A stretch of 64,000 nt of DNA. It comes from Octopus bimaculoides (taxonomy: Eukaryota). Position numbers and translations under genes: made by a program. Within the stretch, counting starts at the first letter, position 1. Each line of letters opens with the position of its first letter. The DNA lies in contig NC_068981.1 in the NCBI RefSeq assembly GCF_001194135.2, positions 31,854,499-31,918,498 of the forward strand. Direction: 5' to 3'. Shown here one piece after another: positions 53,365 to 64,000 of the stretch. The notes below the pieces were generated by a model, which did not search any database, was not told where the DNA came from, and saw only the letters and a list, made by a program, of their open reading frames with translations.

Positions 53365-54085
53365 ATATATCAGTTGTATAAAATTACAATATGGTCTGGT
53401 TTCCAGATTTTTTTATTTTGCAATGTTGAAGTGTGTTATACATTAAAAACAATTGTGATGTTCATAAAGTTGAATTAGCGCTTTCATATGTTCGTAGTAA
53501 TCATCAAATTTCAAAATGTATTAACTGACAGTTGCGTTGATGAGTGCTTGACAACCGTAGTAAAATGTCTGATGTCTTCCTAAGTGATGTTGGAAGAAAG
53601 ATAAAAGAAAAACGTTTTATTAAATTATTCAAACTTGTTTGAACAATAATATAATAACCAGTTATTGTTATGGATGAAAAAATATCATAAACATATGAAT
53701 ATAAACAAATTACAGCACACTCTCACTGATTGCAATAAAAATGAACGAAATCAACTAACTTTGCTCACTCATAAAACCATTATATGTGAATTACAAGCTA
53801 ATTGGTTAAAATAAAGGTGGGATCTGTTCCAGTAATATCGGTGCGCCCGGCAAACCGCTGCATGCTGAATAGTTAAAGCCATGTTCGAAAAAATTAGCTT
53901 CTTAGAGTCTTCTAAAAGGTGTGAAAAGGAAGAAGCCAGTCATTTTGCTACAGTTGTCAACCACTCAACTCACTTGTCAGTTAATACATTTTTAAATCTG
54001 ATGACTACTACAAACGTATGAAAGCGCTAATTGAACTAATTAGCGTGAAAACGAGACCATTTTGTAACATTATTCAGCTGGTATA
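53365..54085 (+). mobile_element. Short PLE-like insertion: inverted pLTR arm, ORF C-terminal stub and pLTR, with a hammerhead-like motif in each arm
   Basis: 53365-53580 aligns to the reverse complement of 53928-54085 (left arm has an insertion). The stub RKIKEKRFIKLFK at 53595 resembles a GIY-YIG C-terminus. Confidence 0.6.
53992..54035 (+). ncRNA. Minimal hammerhead-like motif with AGCGCT palindromic stem III
   Basis: ttaaat CTGATGA ctactacaaacgtat GAAA GCGC TA attgaa; stem II is weak. The inverted partner at 53470-53514 has TTGATGA. Confidence 0.5.
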
Positions 54086-54102
54086 TTTACACAAATTCGG
54101 AA

Positions 54103-54140
<38 letters not shown>

Positions 54141-54336
54141 CATACAGCAATAAGAAAATGGAGGGGATCAAGAGGTGGTATTCATCAACTTTTAGTCATT
54201 ATATTATTCTATTTATTTATTTTACAAAAGAAACCCATTATAACAATATACATACATGTATAACATATACTTTACATATATAAAAATATCAGTAATTATT
54301 AATATATATAACGTAGAACATAGAAAGTAGACTAGT

Positions 54337-54460
54337 TTCTTACAGCCGTTTCAGCCAAGAGGTCATAGTACCCCACTTTACTTCCATACCTTCAGTGAAC
54401 TGAAGTAGCTTGTAGATAAGATTAAGGTACCCGGGTGTGCCTCTGGGCTTCATCAGAGAG
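54337..54460 (-). ncRNA. Type-I hammerhead with a 97-nt structured stem II domain
   Basis: Reverse strand: ctct CTGATGA AGCC c AGAGG...GTACC...TTCAG ttca CTGAA...GGTAC...CCTCT t GGCT GAAA CGGCTG TA agaa. Confidence 0.65.
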
Positions 54461-55430
54461 TTTAGAAAGTTCATAAGGTTAAGTTATAAATATAAATACA
54501 TATATACTCACAGTCCCGTAATCTAATTGGTCATGTATTATATTGGAAGGCCATGATTTTGTTATGGTTGCTTAAAGGATAACCGATAACATAAACAACA
54601 ATGTAGGCAAAAATATATAAATGCATAAAAATAGAAACCAATAATCCAAGGTTAACTATTAGTAGGTAGGATAGTAAAAGTCAATAAAGAAATTAATATA
54701 GGGACTGACTCTATCATATATTAAATTAAGTTATGTTAAATTACGCAATATATTAGTAAAATGTGGATGAATTTGTATATATATATATCAATATTTTAGG
54801 TTAAAGTGATCTTACTAAGGGGATGTGGTTTTAATAGACTGCATATGAAAGATGAGTTATAACAAATTTATTAAAAAACAGTATATAATAGCACGTGTAT
54901 TTGTCTAATTGGGGCAATCATTTGTATATTACTAAAGCATATGGGTAATATAGGTTTAAAATTATATGTTGGAAGTTATTCGGGCCAAATTCAAATAAGG
55001 GACAAAAGACCAAATGTGACCTTACAAGTTGTTTCACTAAGTTGTCATTTATCGCTAAAATTATGTTTAAAATCCATTTTGTCTGACAAAATGCCTCAAA
55101 TGCAAGACTCTATGTAGTAATGTTGAGTCACTTAATTAATGAACTAATCAGTCATTCAGTCCTTTAAAGATAGTTAGCCGTGTATTTATTTAGTTAATTA
55201 CTGTTAATGTTATGTTTAAGAGGTGTGAAGGGTGGGCGTTATCAAATTATAAATAGAATGAAGGGAGGTAACTATGTGTTATTAAAATCTATAATTAGAA
55301 TAATAACATACTCAAAAATTTAGGTCCATTATTCAATGAGTGAATGAATGAAAGAATTAATTAATTAATTGGTTCTGTAATGCGTTGCATATCAATGCCT
55401 GTATGTATATGCATACATATGTACATACAA

Positions 55431-55462
<32 letters not shown>

Positions 55463-55506
55463 CCCCCACATATATATATACTAGCATTTATATATATATA
55501 TCTATT

Positions 55507-55787
55507 TTACTCTTTTACTTGTTTCAGTCGTTTGACTGCGGCCATGCTCGAGCACCGCCTTCAGTCGAGCAAATCGACCCCAGTATTTATTCTTTTAAAG
55601 CCTAGTAAACTAACCAGCATCGGTTGTCAAACGATGGTGGGGGGACAAGCACAGACACACATACATAAATATATATATATATATACATATATACGACGGG
55701 CTTCTTTCAGTTTCCCTCTGCCGAAATCCATTCACAAGGCTCTGGTCGGCCCGAGGTTATAGTAGAAGACACTTGCACAAGGTACCG
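55507..55787 (-). mobile_element. SINE family B, head lost in N gap
   Basis: ttacttgtttcagtcgtttgactgcggccatgctcgagcaccgcct...gacgggcttctttcagtttcc...ttatagtagaagacacttgcacaaggt. Confidence 0.85.
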
Positions 55788-56021
55788 NNNNNNNNNNNNN
55801 NNNNNNNNNNNNNNNNNNNNNNNNNNNNNNNNNNNNNNNNNNNNNNNNNNNNNNNNNNNNNNNNNNNNNNNNNNNNNNNNNNNNNNNNNNNNNNNNNNNN
55901 NNNNNNNNNNNNNNNNNNNNNNNNNNNNNNNNNNNNNNNNNNNNNNNNNNNNNNNNNNNNNNNNNNNNNNNNNNNNNNNNNNNNNNNNNNNNNNNNNNNN
56001 NNNNNNNNNNNNNNNNNNNNN

Positions 56022-56061
<40 letters not shown>

Positions 56062-56410
56062 TGATTAAGTCCAAAGGGTAGTACTAGATTATGTGGGGTG
56101 TAATTTAATGTAAACCATAAGCTAGTGAATGTTTATTTGTTAAATGTACCAACAAAAAACATAAACATACCTATCTAAACCTACATATGTATGTGTGTGC
56201 ATACATAAATATATATATACACAAGTGCGTCCACATATACACATATATACATACATACCCACATATATTAATACAAAAGTAGCAACAATAGTAATATATA
56301 GTCACACATACATGTATATAATTATAGCTAACTTAATATATATTCTCTTTTATATATACCTGCGTAATTATCACATATTATATAATACAGTATAACATCG
56401 ATAATAACTC

Positions 56411-56411
<1 letters not shown>

Positions 56412-56503
<92 letters not shown>
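56412..56503. repeat. Palindromic (AAT)n-(ATT)n microsatellite
   Basis: An aat run switches to an att run at about 56452. Confidence 0.9.
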
Positions 56504-56504
<1 letters not shown>

Positions 56505-56590
56505 GTCAGTAGGGGTGTATTAATACTAGGTTCTAGTGGTATTTGGAAAAGGTATGACCAATTTTATGAAGACAAGGACGTCATATAGAT

Positions 56591-56907
56591 CAGTGATTCT
56601 CAACCATTTTTTATCTGTGGAGCCTTTTGATTACTATTTAATTCTGGTGGACCCCATAGCCATTCGATGTTTAAAAACTAGTTTTATAGAAACTTCAAAA
56701 TTCTTTCAAAATTCCTATTTTGTTTTCCACGTGTTCAATTGTGTAGGTTGAACTATGTAAAATGGGGGAGAAAGAAACCTAGCTATATACCAATACATAC
56801 ATCTAAGATACTACTATGGATCCCACATTTACTATTTTGTTGCATGAATCCCCAAAGATTATATACGGATCCCCAGGGACCATATGAAATCCGGTAAGCA
56901 TCCACTG
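56591..56907. mobile_element. hAT (Charlie-like) MITE with 8-bp TSD
   Basis: Termini cagtgattctcaacc and ggtaagcatccactg; flanks atatagat (56583-56590) and atattgat (56908-56915) match at 7 of 8 positions. Confidence 0.7.
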
Positions 56908-58225
56908 ATATTGATCCCTACTGAGTTCATACAGGTTATTGGTTTTATCAGAAAATACGAATTTCTTTTTAGAACTTTTAAAATTTCTAATATCAGATTT
57001 GTTTGACTTAGAAAAGGTTATAGTACTTACGGTATCTTATATTTGTTACTAAATTTAGGAGCTGCCGCAGAAATAGCTAAATATTTTGTCCTTGGCGAAC
57101 ATTTACATGTGTTCAATTAATAACATCATGTGACAGTGAGGGTTAGTATAGCACCAAAACATAATGCCTTCCATCTCATCCGTATCACTCTAGAAACATC
57201 CTAAAAGTTTCATACCGAAGGGATACTATAATATGGTCGATTATATAACATCCGATGTGTCTCCAAACAATCTTTCAAGCTCAGTGTATATATGCTTGTA
57301 GATCTATTTGAAAATCAGCATGAAGCAATTAGTAGCTATTCTTTCACATTCTGTGTATATTAAATTATATTTATATCGCACTGTATGTTATATATCTATG
57401 TATGTTACATATACGTGTTGCGTATGAGCGCGTGCGTTTGTGTATGTCTATATATACATGTGTATATATGTATGTAAGCTTTCATGTATGTATGTATAAA
57501 CGGATATGCATTCACATGAAATATAATGAATCTGAGATTTTGTATACATACACTGTTTTATCGATCTAACAGAATGTATATGTGTGCCTCTGATTATCTG
57601 TTTTGCTCAGTTTGTGTATATGTCTATGCATATATGCAAACACGCTTGTATATCTTGTTTTTAAGTGTGTATATGTGTGCATTTGGGTGCCTCTTTTAGT
57701 TTGCGCGCACGCGTGTATTTCTGTGTGCGTTTTCCCCTACTTCCGCTCCTGTAAGTCGAGGAAAATGGACTGGAATGGAATAACTCGGAAATGGTATCTC
57801 CTTTAGTTCTATATTTATTTAAAGGGAAAACCGAAAACATATTTCAAAGTTATAGCAGTTTCGAAACACCATACACTATGTATGTTTGTTTTTGTTATTA
57901 TTACTTCTGTATGTAACTATCGGTTATTTGTTTGTTTATTCAATTATTCTTTTGAAGCAATGTCTATTTTTCTATACAGATGAATGTATGGAAGCCCGAA
58001 ATGTACAACCGCATATCTAATTTGGTTTAAGTCATTGATTAATTAGTCGATAATCTACAAACGAAAGTAGAAGAAAATATATGAACTTTGCCGATAGAAA
58101 ATTAAGAAGAATCCTCTTAAGATTTATTCCGTGTAACGTAGCTTTGATCTAAACCCATCCAATAGGTTCTTTTGTTAGCAGAGCCTAGAGCAGAGATAAG
58201 AGAAAAAGAAAAAGTGCGGAAAAGA

Positions 58226-58267
<42 letters not shown>

Positions 58268-59561
58268 GAAAGAAAGAAAAGAAGAAAGTAGACAGGGAGA
58301 AAAAGAGAGATCTAGAAAATATATACTGCCCGAATGACAGAGTTGAAAGAGACCGAGTCATTGTAAAAGGCTTCCATAATTGTAAATGCANNNNNNNNNN
58401 NNNNNNNNNNNNNNNNNNNNNNNNNNNNNNNNNNNNNNNNNNNNNNNNNNNNNNNNNNNNNNNNNNNNNNNNNNNNNNNNNNNNNNNNNNNNNNNNNNNN
58501 NNNNNNNNNNNNNNNNNNNNNNNNNNNNNNNNNNNNNNNNNNNNNNNNNNNNNNNNNNNNNNNNNNNNNNNNNNNNNNNNNNNNNNNNNNNNNNNNNNNN
58601 NNNNNNNNNNNNNNNNNNNNNNNNNNNNNNNNNNNNNNNNNNNNTATATATATATATATATATGTATGTGTGTATGTATGTATGTATGTATGTAAGTATG
58701 TATGTAAATATATATATGTAAACATATCCGGGCATTAATTCAAACAGACTATCTTAAAGATTGCGTATTTGCTATTTACTCTGCGCTTTGTGCATGGTCA
58801 TAAATTAGTGCGTGTTTTGTATGTGTGCTTATAAGTATGTATGTGAGCACGCACGCGCACATGCATTTATAATTTGAACTCAGAACTTAAAGAGCCGGAA
58901 GAAATCAGTTATCGATTCTTCCCGCTCGTAGTTGTCTTTATAATGATAATTATGTTAACAAGAGCACAAGGTAACACCAACGTCCTCTCAACGATTAGCC
59001 GGAGATGATTTTTAAAATGAAAATAACTTAAATGAACTCGGCTGTTCTCACAAACGAGAATACTAAAAATGAACCCGACCGCTCTCAAAAATTAAGTAAA
59101 AAAAACGAAAAAATAATCCAGAATCCTTGCCCGGTGCATGATCGATTTCAATGGTAATCATGGAATGTAAAGGTGGGTGTGAGTGCCGTATTTGTAATGC
59201 TGTATGTCGTCTGTAGTGGGAACAGGGACAGTTTTCTCAATGAAGGCCTTTTTTAGTCTATACCATTAAGGTCTATAGTAAAAGTTTTATCCGTGCGTGA
59301 AAGAAAGCGGAAAGGACCTGCATACGGTGCTGTTAACGGAGGTTTAACAACATCGTTGCGTACAAAAACGTGAGTCTAAGAACTAAAGCGTCCTTCAAGA
59401 CACAGCTAGAAATGCAATTGTCAAGTAGGTAAGAGGTTTTATTGTCGCGAATAAATTAAATTTACTATTGTTACCGAATATGATAGTGCTGTTTAATTTC
59501 TGAAAAATTTTGCTGCCGGTTATTTATGTAGTTATATATATAACACAAGCTGTATTAATAC

Positions 59562-59598
<37 letters not shown>

Positions 59599-62174
59599 NN
59601 NNNNNNNNNNNNNNNNNNNNNNNNNNNNNNNNNNNNNNNNNNNNNNNNNNNNNNNNNNNNNNNNNNNNNNNNNNNNNNNNNNNNNNNNNNNNNNNNNNNN
59701 NNNNNNNNNNNNNNNNNNNNNNNNNNNNNNNNNNNNNNNNNNNNNNNNNNNNNNNNNNNNNNNNNNNNNNNNNNNNNNNNNNNNNNNNNNNNNNNNNNNN
59801 NNNNNNNNNNNNNNNNNNNNNNNNNNNNNNNNNNNNNNNNNNNNNNNNNNNNNNNNNNNNNNNNNNNNNNNNNNNNNNNNNNNNNNNNNNNNNNNNNNNN
59901 NNNNNNNNNNNNNNNNNNNNNNNNNNNNNNNNNNNNNNNNNNNNNNNNNNNNNNNNNNNNNNNNNNNNNNNNNNNNNNNNNNNNNNNNNNNNNNNNNNNN
60001 NNNNNNNNNNNNNNNNNNNNNNNNNNNNNNNNNNNNNNNNNNNNNNNNNNNNNNNNNNNNNNNNNNNNNNNNNNNNNNNNNNNNNNNNNNNNNNNNNNNN
60101 NNNNNNNNNNNNNNNNNNNNNNNNNNNNNNNNNNNNNNNNNNNNNNNNNNNNNNNNNNNNNNNNNNNNNNNNNNNNNNNNNNNNNNNNNNNNNNNNNNNN
60201 NNNNNNNNNNNNNNNNNNNNATATGTCAACCGAGACATGATATAATGTTTTTCAAAGAGAACAATAGATACATAATGTTAATGTCCACCGCCCAAAGGCT
60301 TTCAAATAAATAGCTTTGGAATTATCTGCATGGCACGTGCTCCTGCCAGAGTGGAATGGATAATGTCACATAAAATGTATCATGTAATATATATTCATAT
60401 AGTATTTAGAGTACTCCAGATATGTACATTGTTTACTTAGGTAATCAACATTTTAAATGTATAACTGAATTATTTACATGATTCAGGTATCACATATTGT
60501 AAATTACCCTGTGCTATACTCATGTGTCTGCATGTGCGTGCTTGTTTGTCTGTGTGTGTTATCGCATGCTGTGTATGTTACATCAGTACTTCCGTTTGAG
60601 AGCGCATGCGTTGTGTGTGTATGAGGCCTGTAGATTCTACAGTATTTCATCTAAGGTGCCTAAGTAACTCTAAAGCAGATATAACCATCGTTTTGGCCCT
60701 CTTCTAAGTGACCGACGGATAATTAAGTATGGCACAAATAGACAGACCAGGGCTGCGCTAGCAGGCGACTGGTACTGAATAAAAATATTGGATCCACATG
60801 TAATATGACTTCCACCNNNNNNNNNNNNNNNNNNNNNNNNNNNNNNNNNNNNNNNNNNNNNNNNNNNNNNNNNNNNNNNNNNNNNNNNNNNNNNNNNNNN
60901 NNNNNNNNNNNNNNNNNNNNNNNNNNNNNNNNNNNNNNNNNNNNNNNNNNNNNNNNNNNNNNNNNNNNNNNNNNNNNNNNNNNNNNNNNNNNNNNNNNNN
61001 NNNNNNNNNNNNNNNNNNNNNNNNNNNNNNNNNNNNNNNNNNNNNNNNNNNNNNNNNNNNNNNNNNNNNNNNNNNNNNNNNNNNNNNNNNNNNNNNNNNN
61101 NNNNNNNNNNNNNNNNNNNNNNNNNNNNNNNNNNNNNNNNNNNNNNNNNNNNNNNNNNNNNNNNNNNNNNNNNNNNNNNNNNNNNNNNNNNNNNNNNNNN
61201 NNNNNNNNNNNNNNNNNNNNNNNNNNNNNNNNNNNNNNNNNNNNNNNNNNNNNNNNNNNNNNNNNNNNNNNNNNNNNNNNNNNNNNNNNNNNNNNNNNNN
61301 NNNNNNNNNNNNNNNNNNNNNNNNNNNNNNNNNNNNNNNNNNNNNNNNNNNNNNNNNNNNNNNNNNNNNNNNNNNNNNNNNNNNNNNNNNNNNNNNNNNN
61401 NNNNNNNNNNNNNNNNNNNNNNNNNNNNNNNNNNNNNNNNNNNNNNNNNNNNNNNNNNNNNNNNNNNNNNNNNNNNNNNNNNNNNNNNNNNNNNNNNNNN
61501 NNNNNNNNNNNNNNNNNNNNNNNNNNNNNNNNNNNNNNNNNNNNNNNNNNNNNNNNNNNNNNNNNNNNNNNNNNNNNNNNNNNNNNNNNNNNNNNNNNNN
61601 NNNNNNNNNNNNNNNNNNNNNNNNNNNNNNNNNNNNNNNNNNNNNNNNNNNNNNNNNNNNNNNNNNNNNNNNNNNNNNNNNNNNNNNNNNNNNNNNNNNN
61701 NNNNNNNNNNNNNNNNNNNNNNNNNNNNNNNNNNNNNNNNNNNNNNNNNNNNNNNNNNNNNNNNNNNNNNNNNNNNNNNNNNNNNNNNNNNNNNNNNNNN
61801 NNNNTATATATACATAAATATATATATATATACAAGCATACCACATATTTTATTTAAAATCCTAGGTAGAGTAGTGGCATAAACGTCTAGGCCCTAAGGA
61901 ACTCTTGTTACTTAAATGATTCAATGTTATGTGTATCTGTTTTCATGCTTGCAAATGTGTGTATATACTTATGTTTGCCTGTAGCTACACATATACACCT
62001 ACGTACATGTATATATGTGTGTCTATGTGTGTGTGTGTGTGTTTGTCTGTTTGTATATATTTATACGTATGTATATATGGGTGTATACATATACATATGT
62101 ATGTATGTATTTGTATGTGTATATATATATATATATATATATACAGAGAGAGGGAGACAAGGAGAGTGAGAGTG

Positions 62175-62205
<31 letters not shown>

Positions 62206-63032
62206 TAGAGATAATTACGGAGGTATACAATGTGTATTCTTATATGTTTGCATGTATCTATTTATATTCGAATTTTATGTGATAGAAAATGCATTTCAAC
62301 ATAGAAATTAATGACTTTCAAAGACTTTTAAGCATGCTACTAAATTCAGCAGTAGATCTAAAACAGGAGAGAAAATAACAAGGAAAACAATAAGTATTGC
62401 TCAAAGCTGTAGTTCTAGCCGCAAGGTAAAGTATGTTTTAATGGAAACGGAACTAGCTGCTAAATAATCGCTTCTTGTTGTTGCTTTGTAGCCTTCCTTT
62501 AATTTCAGCAACCTAAAGTAAAAATAAAGATTTCGCTTCTAGCTAGCATTTACGGAAAACATTAGCCGTAAGCTATTTCTTTTATTCTATATCGTTCACT
62601 CTCTTTGTATCGTGTTGCATTCTTGTCGTCTTTTTAATTTCCTTACTTAAAATTGTAACCTGTAACTGTTTTCTAACAATACAATCAGATTATCTTTGCA
62701 GCAAATCTTCAAGTACATCATTATGTTGCTTTATGGATATTTTCAGAAATAACATTTACAAATAATCATGCGCTAGCGAGAATCTATTTCAAGCAGCATT
62801 TCTTTCTAGTACAATACTAAACAGAGGTTTCCATTACTTGTATGAAAATATATATTCTGTTATCTACCGAATAATAAAACTAGTCTCTGCTTGTTTTTTA
62901 TACATTTTATGGTGATGTAAATATTACTATACTTCAATTCATGTTAAAATAAGCTACATACAGATTATTCTTTACGGAAACTGGCAGGCATATATTTATG
63001 TAAGTGCCCTCAAACATATGCAGATATAAACA

Positions 63033-63073
<41 letters not shown>

Positions 63074-63779
63074 ATCTATCTATCTATCTATTTATCTATC
63101 TATCTATATATATATATATATATGTGCGTGTTTGTGTGTGTGTGTCTGTATACATATTTATGTATTTATATGTATATATATGAGTGGCTGTGTGGTAACA
63201 ANNNNNNNNNNNNNNNNNNNNNNNNNNNNNNNNNNNNNNNNNNNNNNNNNNNNNNNNNNNNNNNNNNNNNNNNNNNNNNNNNNNNNNNNNNNNNNNNNNN
63301 NNNNNNNNNNNNNNNNNNNNNNNNNNNNNNNNNNNNNNNNNNNNNNNNNNNNNNNNNNNNNNNNNNNNNNNNNNNNNNNNNNNNNNNNNNNNNNNNNNNN
63401 NNNNNNNNNNNNNNNNNNNNNNNNNNNNNNNNNNNNNNNNNNNNNNNNNNNNNNNNNNNNNNNNNNNNNNNNNNNNNNNNNNNNNNNNNNNNNNNNNNNN
63501 NNNNNNNNNNNNNNNNNNNNNNNNNNNNNNNNNNNNNNNNNNNNNNNNNNNNNNNNNNNNNNNNNNNNNNNNNNNNNNNNNNNNNNNNNNNNNNNNNNNN
63601 NNNNNNNNNNNNNNNNNNNNNNNNNNNNNNNNNNNNNNNNNNNNNNNNNNNNNNNNNNNNNNNNNNNNNNNNNNNNNNNNNNNNNNNNNNNNNNNNNNNN
63701 NNNNNNNNNNNNNNNNNNNNNNNNNNNNNGAAATAAGTAAAAGAGTAAAAGAGTATATATATATATATATACGCATGTC

Positions 63780-63810
63780 CATAGAGAAGAGAGAGAGAGA
63801 GAGAGACAGA

Positions 63811-63856
<46 letters not shown>

Positions 63857-64000
63857 TCTAGATACATACATCGATCGATTGATAGATAGATAGCTACGTA
63901 CATAGACAGTACGATCGATCAGTAGACAGAGAGAGAGACACACACAGACAGACAAAAGACCGACCGACCGACAGATAAACAGACAGACAGACAGACAGAC
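63780..64000. repeat. Compound (GA)n/(GATA)n/(GACA)n microsatellite
   Basis: Read directly from the sequence. Confidence 0.9.

Noticed and set aside
570-63955. Long ORFs in the track composed of X, YI, CV, HT or LS repeats
   Set aside because: They are read-through of N gaps and (AT)n, (GT)n, (CT)n or (ATCT)n microsatellites, not coding sequence.
1-64000. CRISPR arrays, rRNA, true tRNA genes, prokaryotic operons
   Set aside because: None seen. The tRNA-like A and B boxes all belong to SINE heads, and no regularly spaced repeat-spacer array exists.

Overview
This is AT-rich, microsatellite-dense eukaryotic DNA with many N gaps and no recognisable intact host gene. The repeat content (two tRNA-derived SINE families, R4/Dong and CR1-like LINEs, Penelope-like elements) suggests a coleoid cephalopod, probably Octopus; this is an inference. 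The interpretable sequence is mostly decayed mobile elements: two tandem R4/Dong LINE 3' ends in (TAA)n tracts, a Ty3/Gypsy pol fossil, a maT-like and a full-length DD36E Tc1 transposon, a CR1-like LINE, at least five Penelope-like (PLE) fragments, a hAT MITE, a long foldback element and many SINEs. The signal missed by the ORF track is a set of about ten type-I hammerhead ribozyme-like motifs (CUGANGA...GAAA...UH), most with short palindromic stem III. They include versions with greatly enlarged stem II, a non-canonical CUGU core shared by two copies, inverted pairs, and one enclosed by 34-bp inverted repeats. Nearly all long ORFs in the track are N-gap or microsatellite artefacts. All pairings and translations were read by eye; no searches were run.
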